Below are positions 22,032 to 34,599 of a DNA stretch of 64,000 bases, in pieces. Source of the stretch: Azolla caroliniana (lineage: Eukaryota > Plantae > Polypodiophyta). The stretch spans positions 20,274,001 through 20,338,000 of the forward strand of contig JBHGNT010000004.1 of the NCBI GenBank assembly GCA_043228905.1. The letters run 5' to 3'. The notes beneath the pieces are model-generated. The model was not told where the DNA came from and made no database searches. It saw only the letters and a list, made by a program, of their open reading frames with translations. The translations under genes and the position numbers were made by a program. How positions within the stretch are numbered: position 1 is the first letter of the stretch; each line of letters opens with the position of its first letter.

Positions 22032-22789
22032 CTCTGTCTGCTACCTGTCCCTGTCTGCTTGACACTTGTAGTCAAACTCAAGGGATGGCATGGCATAGCA
22101 TGGGCCATGGCATGCTAAATGAATCATGACACTCAAGGGATGCCATGGCATCATCGCATGCTAAATGAATCATGATAGATAATACATATACATAGATAGA
22201 TCGCCTACAATTATGTACATAACAACCAAAACCCAACCGACTACTAACTATGTACATACATACATACTGATACAAAATATATGTATGTATGTATGTATGT
22301 ATGAACTTACTATATGTATATATGTAGTTGTATGTCTGTGATAAGAAGTGATGGTGACAAGCGCTTCCATGGGTTCATTTCATTACGAGGAGGATTAGGC
22401 ACTCTCTCACTCACTCACTCACTCACTCATCTGAACTAAGGCTTTTCTCTCTGTGTGTGTGTGTGTCTTCACCCGTCATCGTCGATCATTTTCAATGCTT
22501 GCGTACCCTACCTTACCACCTCATATTCTTGAATTCGGCCCTAGGGGCACCTTGTATAGTCTTCCTTGTAAAAATCTCTCCTAATTAATGGGAAAGTAGC
22601 TCCTTTTCTAAATGAACAACAAGCAAACAAACTGAGCAAACAGAAAATACAACCGCCTAAGCTCACATCATTTGTCTCATCTGCAAATCCCATTCATTAC
22701 GCACCTTGTGCTCACACAAAGGTTTGTTGTTTTTTATTAAGAGACGTGGAGAGAAGTTTTGTTTCTCCTTACAAATGGTGAAGAGAAAG

Positions 22790-23420
22790 ATAGATAGGTC
22801 CTATTATCGTCTTCGGAGGTCAAATGTGACCCATGAGACCAAAAATATTACATTTTATGTGATACATTTGAAAGTGAATAGTGACTCTCGATGCTCAAGA
22901 ACTTTACCAATGAATGTTGCGATCGCGAGAGCACATTGTGGTTGTGAGAGAAATTCATGCAAGGATAATGCTTGATTAGATATGTGTGGATTGAATATAA
23001 TCAAAGGCAAAGCATTAAAGTGTGATACTTAGACTCTTGAACTTGTTTGGGGGCAAAGTGTGCATAGTTGACCACTCTCATCCCTTGTGCCCCAACGCCC
23101 CATCTCACATCACAATGCATGTGAGCTAAGTCACGTGGAAGCAATGGTTCGAATGGCAAACAACGGGATGTGCTCTAACATGTATCGTTTTGCAAAGAAT
23201 ATGGTTTTGTAGTTAGGTGTAACATGTGTGGTATAATGTGTGAAGCGTGAGCCTCCACATTTGTCCTATGTCATGATACATTGGCGTCGCCAAAAAGGCC
23301 TACTTTACAGAGGAATCTAGTGATGCGTCATGAACCAAATGTGATGCATCCCATCTACCAAACCACTTTTTCATATCTTACATCCAACCGGAACACAAAA
23401 ATTTTCTTTTATGCGTCATT
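22790..23420 (-). mobile_element. 5'-truncated LINE family C, copy 1
   Basis: Closely similar to 23470-24130; degenerate C-terminal domain (LSSHAL*CEMGRWG..SGQLCTLPP) and 3' stem-loop. Confidence 0.8.
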
Positions 23421-23446
23421 TGGAACAATATTTTCCCTGAATAAAT

Positions 23447-24250
23447 AGAGAGAGAGAGAGAGAGAGAGATTATATTATCGTCTTCGGAGGTCAAATATGA
23501 CCTATGAGACCAAAAATATTACATTTCACGTGATACATGTGAAGGTGAGTCACGACTCTCGATGTTCAAGAACTTTACCAATGAATGTTGCAATCGAGAG
23601 TGCACATCGTGGTTGTGAGAGAAATTCGTGCAAGGATTGGGCTCGATCGAAGAGATGTGGAAAGCATGGTCGAATATGATCGATCAAAGGCAAAGCATTG
23701 TATCAAAGTGTGATACTCAGACTCTCAAACTTGTTTAGGGAAAAGTGTGCATAGTCGGCCACTCTCATCACTCGTGCCCCAACGCCCCGTCTCACATCTC
23801 AATGTGTGCAAGCTAAGTCACATGGAAGCAATGGTTCAAAAGGCAGATATCAGGATGGGCTCTAACATGTATTGATGTGTACGGCTTCCCCATTCCGCGA
23901 AGAATATGGTTTTGTAGTTAGGTGCAACATTTATAGTATAATGTGTGAAGCGTGACCCACCACATTTGTCTCATGTCATGATACATTGGCGTTGCAAAAA
24001 GGCCTCATTTACAGAGGAATCTAGTGACGCATCATGAAGCAAGTGTCTTGCATCCCATCTACCAAACCAAATTTCTAAATCTTGCATCCAACCGGAACAC
24101 AAAATTTTGCTTTTATGCATCTTTTGGATCTTTTTGCTTGCTTCCCATGCAATTCTAGGAAGTCGATGTGAGAGGCTTTTTTGAACCTTAAGCATGTATT
24201 CAACAACCCTTTCCATGGCCATGATCTCAATGGGAAGCGATCCTATCTCA
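23447..24250 (-). mobile_element. 5'-truncated LINE family C, copy 2, with (TC)n tail
   Basis: ORF 23971-24222 (RLPRIAWEAS...GWMQDLEIWFGRW) continues to LRCETGRWG..RLC. 3' end GGTCTCATAGGTCATATTTGACCTCCGAAGACGATAATATAAT-(CT)n. Confidence 0.85.
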
Positions 24251-24280
24251 AGGAGGAGGAGGGTGTAGAGAGAGAGAGAG

Positions 24281-26505
24281 AAAGAAAGAAAGAAAGAAAG
24301 ATATATTAACGTCTTCTAAGGCCAAATTTGGCCCATGAGACAATTAGTTCACAACAAAAATGAGTGTTTATCCAATCATCAAAACTAAAATAAAAGAAAA
24401 TAGCTTAAGCTAAGAGAGTTCTAGTAGTGTACAAAACTTTGCACTAAGCCTAATCTCATTTCCACCCAAGTCTCTCAAAAAGAAGTGGAAGGTCAAAAGT
24501 TTTTGGTGTGGGTGTGACCCATGGTTCCGGTGTATAGAGTGCCCTAGCCATGGCTTCTAAGCGGTGTAGTTCACGTTCCCTTATTTTCTTTATTGCTTCT
24601 ACATCTCATCGAGTTGCTTTGAAACCCGGCATCCAAGGGCATTTGGTTCTTCTTTGATTTTCTGCTTCATCAAGGAAAAGCTCGAGTGGTGTAGGTGTGT
24701 CGACATTCATTGTCTCCCCTTGTTCCTGAAAAACTTCATTTGTTACATGTTGGTAAACATTAACAACATTATTATCAACGTTTTGTAACTTATTCTCTCT
24801 ATGTTGTTTCAATTCTAAGATGTATCTACCTAATTTCTTTATATCTATTGTATCTAATAGTTTAGGGAGGGTGGGAGAGGAACCAAGTATGTCTTGGTAT
24901 TTTTCCCTTATCTCGGCATAGGTGGGGCATTTGCATGTAAAATGGTACCCATCCTCTATCTCTATGTGGTATAACCTACATATCCTTTCCTCCCTGGGGA
25001 CTCCATTAGTACGTCCATTCTCAATCTCAAGTTGGTGAGATGATATTCTAAGTTGACCAATGGCACCCCTTAGTGCATGTGGTAAGAATACAACTAGATA
25101 TCTTGGTCGCGTAATAAAACCTAACTTAGAGAAGTGCATAAAGTGTTCTTTATAGTACGACATTTTAGATGGGAGTGGCTCTAGTGGGGTGATCCATTTA
25201 TACCGAGTATAAATTTGCCATATTTCTTGGCGTATTACTTTATTACGGTCCTCATGAAAGATTAAAGTGTTATTAGTCGTGTGGTCGTACTTAAGGGGGG
25301 GGAGGTTATTAATGTCTAGACCGTTGGCAAGAAGCCAACTCACCATCATGCCATACCATGAACTAGTATAGCCGGACTCATACAGTGCTCGAGAAGCCTT
25401 AAAGGCTTGATGGGATATTCTATCAAGTGGTTGGTTATGTATCATGTGGATAAAGACTACAAGTTGAAAAAGTGCTTCTACTAACATAGGGCGTAGAGTG
25501 AACTCAACCCTAATAATGTCATGTGGGACCGACGATTTGCTTCGGAGTTGGTATGATAAAATCATCACCAATGGTCTCTCTAATTGCGTCCACATGAAAG
25601 ATGGTAGTCCTAGAGCCTAAACAGTTGATGCATACATGAGAGAGGGAGTCATTAATGAGTCAAAGAGCCACCCTTTAGTTCGTGGCTCTTGGAAGTATGC
25701 TCGGTGGCATTGTCTCTCGAGGAGTGAGAGGGATGCATGTCCTCTTGTAAGTCTATCCTTCGCTTCTTGTGTCATCGAAAATTTGCCTGAGCGGGCACTG
25801 AAAGTGACTCCGAGATAAACATATGATCCAACCACCTCAACTGGGCTATGGGAGATAGTTAGGTGACACTTAGCTCTAACTTGGGCCAACGTGTGGAAGA
25901 TAAGGACTTTAGTTTTCCCTAGATTCACTACCAATCCTCGTTGTGTGCAAAAGTCATCTAAGCCATTAAGGTGCCTTTGTAGGTCGTGTTCGGATTCAGA
26001 GAGCAAAACTATGTCGTTTGCATAGAGCAAGACACACACCTACTTATCCCCAAGGACTACTCCATTGCCTCCCTTACGAGCAATAAAATCGGTGATCTCA
26101 TCAATGTAGATCCCAAAAAGAGTCGAAGATAAGGGGCAACCTTGTTTTACACCAATAGTGCTAGTGAAACTATCGGATATGCCACCTGGGCATCGAACAC
26201 ACCCAGACACTTGTTCATATAGTGCGTAGATGGCCCAAACCATGTCATCTGGTATCCTCAAGCTCTTAAGCCTATCAAACAACCGCTCTCTAGGGACCGT
26301 GTTAAAGGCTTTGCGGAAGTCCACAAAACAACAATATAGTTTCTTCTTGCGAGCCTTAGTCTGGTCAATTAAGCATCTAAGTGTGAAGATATAATCAATA
26401 GTGGAGAAGGCTCATCTAAAGCCAGCCTGTTCATGTGCACGAAGATTTAAGGTCTCCATATAATCGCTAAATTATATGGTGCAGTAATGGAGCTAAATTA
26501 TATGG

Positions 26506-26508
<3 letters not shown>
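24281..26508 (-). mobile_element. 5'-truncated LINE family B (RT plus C-terminal domain) with (TTTC)n tail
   Basis: ORFs 26040-26324 (DFRKAFNTVPR, GVKQGCPLS), 25617-26039 (LLYAND) and 24606-25595 (LRISSHQLEIENGR..RICRL..EDGYHFTCKC). Tail at 24281-24300; flanked on both sides by (GA)n. Confidence 0.9.
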
Positions 26509-26544
<36 letters not shown>

Positions 26545-29188
26545 AATGGTTTCCCACAAGGAATAGGGGGGGGGCTTGGGCAAGTCTTCTTGGTGAGCCC
26601 TTTCCAAAGTACAATTGCATGTGAAAAAGAGTGGTGGGTTTTCAAGACAAGATCCCATAGGGGTAGATAAAAAAAGCTTCCATCGAAATTGCAATACTTG
26701 ATGCGAATATCTTTCAATAGGGCAGAAAGAAGAAGAAGTTTAATCGGGAAGGTGTTTTCAATGATGAGTAAGAAGGAGCATTGAATCAACAGATATCCAA
26801 CGTGTCCATGTTTCTTCTAGTACGGTGCTTCACTTTTTTATAGCTTTGTATTTGTCATCTTTATTCCTAAATGAAGGGTACCCGCATTTCTCCTATAAGA
26901 ATGCAATAAAAAAAGGTGCACGTTTTATACGTAAAATGTGAAAACAAATGGCATGAATGCGATAAAAATAAAGTGCACGTTTTATACGCAAAAGAAAAAA
27001 TGAAAGGAAATTACGATTGTTAAAAAGAAAATGAATGGCTCATGTACGTGCCATTTCGTCATTGTGCCACTTTTTCGTAAACCTTTTTTCTCTTTTGCAA
27101 CAGTTTTAGATCGTGGTTAGAACACTATAACCATCTCGTCATCAATCTTGACATCGCCAGAATACATTTTTTACTACTACTATTATTACTTAAGGATGGA
27201 TATCACACCCCCCAAAATACAACGAGTAACATTCTTTTGTGTTTTCAAAAGCATCGCCTTTCAAAGATCCCCCTCTCACATCCTTGAGAACTTTACAACA
27301 AACGTATATTTTTACTTATTAACCTAGTAGACTTGTGAGGCTCTTAATCCTAGGTTCAAATCATGGGTTGATGAACTTCATGTTTCCTTTATGGACAACC
27401 AACCATGGGAAATGATCAATATTGCCCTTCCTATTAGATGGGCTAATATTCTTTGTAACGTATTTTACCTTTACACATATCATGCATGCTAGAAAGCAAC
27501 ATGTTAATAATTATTGACATATGTACTTGAACCCTTTCATCCTAGATACAATACCCTTTCTATATTTATTAACTCCGCTGACTCTTTATTAACTCCGGGG
27601 GAGAGCATTGGTAATCCTTGCCTAAATAATCCATGCAAGATTAGTTTGGCTCTCCGGTGACTCTTATTTCCCTATCCCAAATCTAGATGTGCCCTATATC
27701 GAGCTAATACAAGCCAATGATGGACCCCCTTCAAACTCTTAGCCCAAAGTTGCTATTCTAAGATGATGATTGATGTCTCCACAATTATCAAGAACGAGGT
27801 CATAGCGACAAAATATTTTGGTGAAGTTATTCAATGCTCTCCATTGAAGCCTCGTAGAAGGGCCTCTTTTATTAGTTGTAGGTAGGTTGACGTAAATTTG
27901 GGCTCACGTATGTAGTGTTAATTTTAGATTATGCATGTATTTATACATTACTTTCATGTAGCTATGTTAATTATTATCCATAGAATTATGTTAACAATTA
28001 ATATTTCCTTAGCGTAAAACTAACGAGACTATTTATGATTAAATCTCACATGCACCCTCTCATATATGGTATAGAATATGCATTTGTAACACTTTCTAAT
28101 TCTCACTCTTCCCCTTGAATTGTTATAACTTCTAAAGATATTCTATTATGACTATATCCTTTGTTAAAGTTGTAGCATCATGGGAAAATTCTAGGGTTAA
28201 TTTTAATGGTTTAAGGGTTGGATAAGTGGGAGACCAATTATCTTAAGACTTGGGACAAACCCATAAGAATCTATGACATAGTGGGGAACATGTAGTGGTC
28301 AAGGGCCCTAAGGTGTCGAGGTATATAAAGGGAAGTAGCTACCTTCGTCACATTTTACTTTTCATTAATGCGTTTATTTTTTCTCACATGCCTTCTTGTC
28401 ATTATTTTTTACACATGGACTTGGTTTAAATGCAATGTAAAGTTTTCGACACAAGCAATGGATGTTCTCCAAATAATGAATGATAAGTTAAAATATCCCA
28501 ATGTTTTCTTACATGGTTAAAACACAACTCCATGATTGATATCTAAATTTTGTCCTTCATCTTTCCATGATTATTTTTCTCCTTTCTTTTAAACAAGGTC
28601 TTCTCGTGGTTGGCAGACATGTACCTTACACTCTAAAAATTGAAAACTTATATTTTCATGAAAATTGAAATCACAAGAAACATAATCTCTTGTCTTCTGG
28701 GTCATAACATCGATATAGTTTTCTTACATTATCAATCCCCAAGGAAATACATTTTCATGTTTTTTCATCAAGTGAATTCCAAACTTGATGATGCATATCC
28801 AAACACTTTTTAATTATAGACCCTAAGCTTTGTCCAAAGAATAACACTTATGGGTTATTGTTTTTAATTATCATTATTGGCGTTATATCAATCAATGTTA
28901 TTGCAGAATGGCATGCATTAGCCCCAAACATCTTTTTAATATTGATTTCAAACACTCTAAGATGTTTTTCTTTTGTTCAACTATTCCACTATTCTCTGGG
29001 AAATACCTAGTGTCACAATCACTATCACAGTCATCACCACTTCTTAAAGCCTTTATTTTTCTATCATATTAACTCTTCGCTAGAGACTTGAACTTGAGAT
29101 TTTTTTTAAAACACAACACTTCTTTTTTTCATGAAATATATTCAAATTATGGAAGAAAACCCATCTCATATATTCTAGAAATGGCAAG

Positions 29189-29507
29189 CAGGAGTCAACA
29201 ATAGCTCGGTTCAAGCCTGAACTGAGCCATTAAACTGTTTTTAAACAGTTTGGCAGTTCTGTTTGGTTTAGGCTTGAGCTGGGTTTGGCAAGACTCAAGC
29301 CGAACTGCCAAACCAATTCTTAAACCGGTTAAGGCTTTAAATGGTTTGTCAAAACCAATTAATAAATTGGTTTAATGAAATTGATTAAGGTTCACGAGTT
29401 TAGGATTCGGTTCAAGCTTGAAAATCTCAAACTGATTTAGGCTTAACTAGTTTGGTTTGGACAAGGCCAAACCAGTTAAGCCAAAACTGAATTGTTGTTG
29501 ATTCCTA
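29189..29507. mobile_element. hAT-type MITE (AAACCG-rich family), degenerate
   Basis: Termini CAGGAGTCAACAA / TTGTTGATTCCTA; imperfect 8-bp TSD ATGGCAAG / ATCACAAG. Confidence 0.7.
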
Positions 29508-30204
29508 ATCACAAGATATATTCACTTGGTACCTCAAGTTCTTCCATGTTGCACCATGCAACTTTGTCATTTGTAACAGATCATCAACCATCTTGGAATA
29601 CATGAGTGTTCATTTATGGTTTATATTTAGTTATGGTTGTTTGATATATATTCAATGACCTTCTCATACTCGATTATTTTCATACATTTAAGGTTAATTC
29701 ATAAAGTCCTAGATTGGAATTCGATGTCTTGCCAAGAAACAAGAACTTTTCTATGTGATTCAAGATACCTTCAAGAAAGTAGCATGAAGCTTTTCTCCAA
29801 AAATAACATTTATGAATTATTGTTTTTAATGATCATTATTGGCATTATATCAATCAATGTTATTGAATAATGACATGTGTTTGCCCCAAACATCTTTTTA
29901 ATATTGATTTCAAACACTCTAAGATGTGTTGTTTTTTCATTAAACTATTCCATTAATCTCATGTGAATACCTAGTGCCACGAATCTCACTATTCCATTCC
30001 TTTTTCGATACTTTCGAAATTCATATGATATACAATCACTATCAGAGTCATCACCACTTCTTAAAGCCTTTATTTTTCTATCATGTTAACTCTTGGCAAT
30101 ACACTTGAACTTGAGATTTTTTTGAAACACAACACTTCTATTTTTCATGAAATATATTCAAATTATGGGAGAAAAACCATCTTATATATTTCAGAAATCG
30201 CAAT

Positions 30205-30500
30205 TAGAAGTAAACTTGAACCAAGCCATTAAACTATTTAAAACGGTTCGGCGGTTCGAGGTTCAGTTTAGACTTGGCCCTCTATAATTGGATTGAGCTT
30301 GGTTTGGCAAGATTCAAGCAAATCAAACCGTTTAGAGTCAAACTAGTTCCTAAATCGGTTCATAAACTGGTTTGGCGAACGTGGTGAAGCTTAACAAGTT
30401 TGGTTCAAGCTTGAAAAATCTCAAACCAATAAGGCTTAGCCAGTTTGGCTCGGACAAGGCCAAACCGGTTAGGCCGAAACCAAACCATTGCCAATTCCTA
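30205..30500. mobile_element. hAT-type MITE, paralogous copy in the second duplication unit
   Basis: Right terminus CCATTGCCAATTCCTA; imperfect TSD ATCGCAAT / ATTGCAAG; same position in the unit as 29189-29507. Confidence 0.7.
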
Positions 30501-31011
30501 ATTGCAAGATATACTCACTTGGTACCTTGTGTTCTTCCATGACGTTGTCATTTGTAACATATTCTCAACCATTTTGGAATACATGAGATTTCATTTATGG
30601 TCTATATTCAGATACTGGTTGTTTGATATATATTCAATGACCTTCTCATACTCAATAATTTTCATACATTTGAGGTTAATGCATAAATTCCTATGATTGA
30701 ATTTAGATGTCTTGTTACCAACAAGAACTTGCCTATGTGATTCAAGATACCTTCAAGAAGTAGCATATAGTCAATCACATTCTTTCCATCATGTTTTCTA
30801 CATGTAAAAAACATTAGTGTTGGATACACCACTTGCAATAAGCATTCAAGCACTATTGCGCATTTGGAGAAGTAACTTCCTATATTAATCCAGTTTTTCT
30901 TATCCACAAAAGAGTAGCATTACTTTTGAAACATTCCCCTTGCATCATAAAAATATGTGGCACGAAATATTGTTACGAATCAACTTGCAAACTTACTGTA
31001 TGAGCATTCAT

Positions 31012-31540
31012 TAGGAATACGCAACGATTCGATTTAGGCTTAACCGGTTTGGCCTTATCCAAGCCAAATCAGTTAAGGCTAAAGCGTTTTGGGGTTCTCA
31101 AACATGAACCAAACCAAACCAATCCCTAAACCAGTTTGGCCTAAACCAGTTTAGGAACCGATTTGTGAAGCGGTTTAGGAACCGGTTGTGAGCTGGTTTG
31201 GGACGAAAAAGCTTTAGAGGTGTGAAGAAACCCAAAAAACACCACTACCACTTCTACTCTTCTTCTCCTCCTCGTAACTCCCACCCCCTTGGTATGCCCC
31301 GTCCCCATCCTTCTCCAAAATTGACATGCACCCCTACCTCCACCCCCACCCTCTAATTTCTAACTTTCTAAACCCTAATTATTAAACGGCTTAACTGGCT
31401 TAGACCATTTAAACGGTTTAAGCCGGTTTGGCAAGGCTCTGAGCTCAATGTTTAGGTAGGCTCAAGCCTAAACCGAGCCGTTAAGCCACTAAACCGTTAA
31501 AAACCGGTTTAGGCTTGAGCCAAGCCATTGCCGATCCCTA
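31012..31540. mobile_element. hAT-type MITE
   Basis: Imperfect TIR TAGGAATACGCAACG / CATTGCCGATCCCTA; perfect 8-bp TSD GCATTCAT at 31004-31011 and 31541-31548; many AAACCG/CGGTTT subterminal motifs. Confidence 0.9.
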
Positions 31541-31899
31541 GCATTCATGTCACCAAAGACAATAACTCTTTCTGGTATTTGAATACATCCTTAACCTTAT
31601 TACTCTCTTTTTATTCATATGCTTTACGATAGGAGATTAATAGTCAAGGGCAAAATAAAACTCCAATGAAGTACAATTGAGGGTGGGTGATAGAGCCACT
31701 CCCTTGCCTCATCACCCACCTCAACAAAAGTGAGCAAAATAAACATGTAAAATAGAGAGAAGATCGGAGAATAGTAAGTAAAGCATAGTTTTTGCGGTTG
31801 TGTCATGCTATCTAAGAGATAGGGAGAGAGAGAATTAAGTAGGATCAAAGATACTACATTAGTATTAAGAAAACGCCCTAAGGCTATACATACAAGATG

Positions 31900-33465
31900 T
31901 ACCTTTCAGTAATTAGCCCCTTTTTTCTAATGTCCAACTGCCAACTTAAATAAATACTTTAGTGTAGAGTAGAACCACTCCACCTTATTAGAAATTCATC
32001 TATAAAATATGCCTCTGTACCAGATGGCATGAAACTCCAATCGCTTGAGCTCCGCTTGTTGCATATTACTTGTCATATTATCCAAAGAACCCTTTGTGAT
32101 TGTGCACAATCTCTGTCCAAATCCCAAAAATTATTTGGGTTAGTCGTTTGGTCACATTTTGAAATACCTTCAAACATCGAGCCTTCCAAATATACCAAAT
32201 TGTGATACTACTTACCAATTGCCATATTTGAGGTTTATCTGTCTCTAATTGTGGATTCAAAGATATCAATGTTTTTTGCATCAAACCATGGCTCATAACA
32301 ATAACATCAACAACCTTCTCTTGTTCATATACCATTGGTTTATCTTGTACCACCACCCATAATATCGCTGCCCATGTATACACTGCTCGAGAATATACTA
32401 GTATTAACAATGTTATGATTCGTTTCCATATTTCCACCACAAAACCACAACTCCACAAAACAATGCTTAGCAGTCTCTACTAGATCCATACAGAAAGGGC
32501 ACATATTGTCTACATCCCTTGTTCGCCTAATGAACCAACAACCAATGAAAACAAACAAATTTCCTACTCATCTTTATACCCCACAACCATTTCAAAAATT
32601 GTTTGAGATGTTGTGGAGAAAGCTCATTTTGTCTCCATAAGACATTTGCAGTTGGTTCTTTCTATGATCTAGCACCTAATATTTTCCTACCAATCTTCAC
32701 AAAATATTGAAAAAAAGGCACATGTTTTATCTAATCTTGAACCCACATTCCAATACAGTTCTCTAGGATCCCAAGTTAATATAGATATTGGTATCCTTTC
32801 CATAATCCAAATCCTCCAAAAGGAATTCACTTTTGTTGGATCCGGATCTAAGACCCAATTTGATCCATCATTTGTAATCACCCTCACTTCTTTATGCAAA
32901 CAAAAAATCCAATCAAATTTGTTTCCTTATGTGTGAAAGTTAACCTACCATCATCCTGTGCCTCAAAGGTCATCCAAACTTCTTCCCCAATATAGGTTTT
33001 TACTCCAATCAAAACATCCAATGGAGTAAATAAACCCATCCACTTCTGTGTAGAAGATCCAATTAATAGAAAGGGTAGTTTGTATCTCGAAATACATTGT
33101 CTTTCCCCCTCTTATGTTATTAAGCATTATTGTTCGTTGGTCTATAGGTGTAGACAGGAATGATGTCCACTCACCTATAGACTATGTTGGTCTACAATCT
33201 AATTCTGCCCATGTACATCTAGTACGCCTTCCTAACATATGTCCCCCATGGTTAGTAAAATATGAATACCAAATTAGGGGTTGTCTACAGAATTCAACTT
33301 TTGTTTTTGGCAATCTCTTAACTAAATCAAGAGAAACATCTTTCCATGACTGAAGAACAGATCGAGCAAATTTGTCTTCCCATTTTGTGGAAATAGCCAA
33401 CTTGGTGTGTTCCATAAAACTCCATCGAAAACTAGGCCTCCAATTGTAGAGATCCACTCTTGTCT
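31900..33465 (-). mobile_element. L1-clade LINE 3' fragment (zf-RVT region), degenerate
   Basis: CPFCMDLVETAKHCF, TIWYIWKARC and RQPLIWYSYF are L1 ORF2 C-terminal motifs; frameshifted. Confidence 0.8.
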
Positions 33466-33470
33466 ATTCA

Positions 33471-33994
33471 TGAGAAAGACCCAAAACAAGGGGAAAAACT
33501 AACAACAAAATACCCAGAGTACACAATTTACGTGGAATCCTAAACAGGGAAAAAAACCATGGGAGAACAGATCTTCACTATACAATGGATATACAAGACG
33601 ACGAGATTATAACACACTCTCTCAAAATACTATAATAGCCTCACATGGCTCTTGACGCCTAAGCTCACACAACTATGGCGTCGTTCCCTCTCGCTCTCTG
33701 TCGCACACGCTTCAACAGATGCTCACAACTATTCTATTCTATCTATATTCAACTCTATGTTTGCCCTAAGTGTATTTATACTTATACACTGTATGAGTTA
33801 TTTACAAATGTAGCCACTGTTACTGTCATTCCTATTATACCAATAATAGTTAATGAGCTAACTGGTCGACTAGTCGACCTTATATTCGACCATTTGGTCG
33901 GCCCGACTAGTTGGTCGTTTCTTCGACTGTCAACACTCGGCCCGATCAGTCAGATGCTCCCATAGGACTAAAGTGATCATCTCGATCTTTATCA
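33471..33994 (-). mobile_element. Solo LTR (copia-like)
   Basis: Minus strand begins TGATAAAGA and ends TCTTTCTCA (inverted termini). It contains a TATAAAT box and the TGGTTTTTTTCCC...TTCCACGTAAA motif also seen in the 994-1501 LTR. No TSD found. Confidence 0.65.
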
Positions 33995-34599
33995 ATGTGT
34001 CTTTGTATTAAACGTGAGGTCCACGTGGAGTGTAAACTTCTTCTTTATTTAATCTACCATCCCTCTATCTTTCTTTTTTTCCAAAGACCACTCTATCTTT
34101 TCTAGATTGCTCGAATAGAATACATTATTTACTCCAATAATTAGAAACATGTGAGTTAGATGTATGATTGTGATATTCTTGCAATAGAGTCGAAATTAAA
34201 TGGTAAAATGATGGAATACCGAGCACATGCATAAAAGTTTTATGTGCAATATAATATATGAAGAGTCATGAATAAATTCTTATATATTCATTATCATCAA
34301 CAATTTTTAACATCCAAACCTTTATTATTTTTCCCACATTATCTAAGATAATAAAATCTTTCTCTATGTTTAAATGTAGCAATTGTGTTTTGAGCTCACA
34401 CTATGGGATTTAGCTTTAGGTCAAGCCATTTATTGGATGTATGAGAATAGAGTAGAAAATAGAATTTTGGATAGAAAATACATTTCGTGGATATTTATGA
34501 TTTAGTAAGTTGAGCATGTTCCATTAGTACATTACTCTACGTACCGCCACTCATCCACTTCTATTTAAATATGGTATATGGAAAATTGTGTGGGTTACA

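Larger units (their letters stand above)
28825..30767. repeat. Diverged tandem duplication, ~960-980 bp unit
   Basis: AAGCTTT..CCAAA.AATAACA.TTATG...ATCAATCAATGTTATTG begins at 28825 and 29788; both units end CCTTCAAGAA(A)GTAGCAT. Confidence 0.88.

Noticed and set aside
21617-22129. Several ORFs with SLSLSL or RERERE runs
   Set aside because: Microsatellite translations; only the 21837-21974 frame has splice support.
22075-22175. CATG-rich palindromic cluster upstream of SOS1, considered as RY elements or a miRNA hairpin
   Set aside because: Mostly CATGGC/CATGCT rather than CATGCA, and organised as short direct repeats rather than a long stem.
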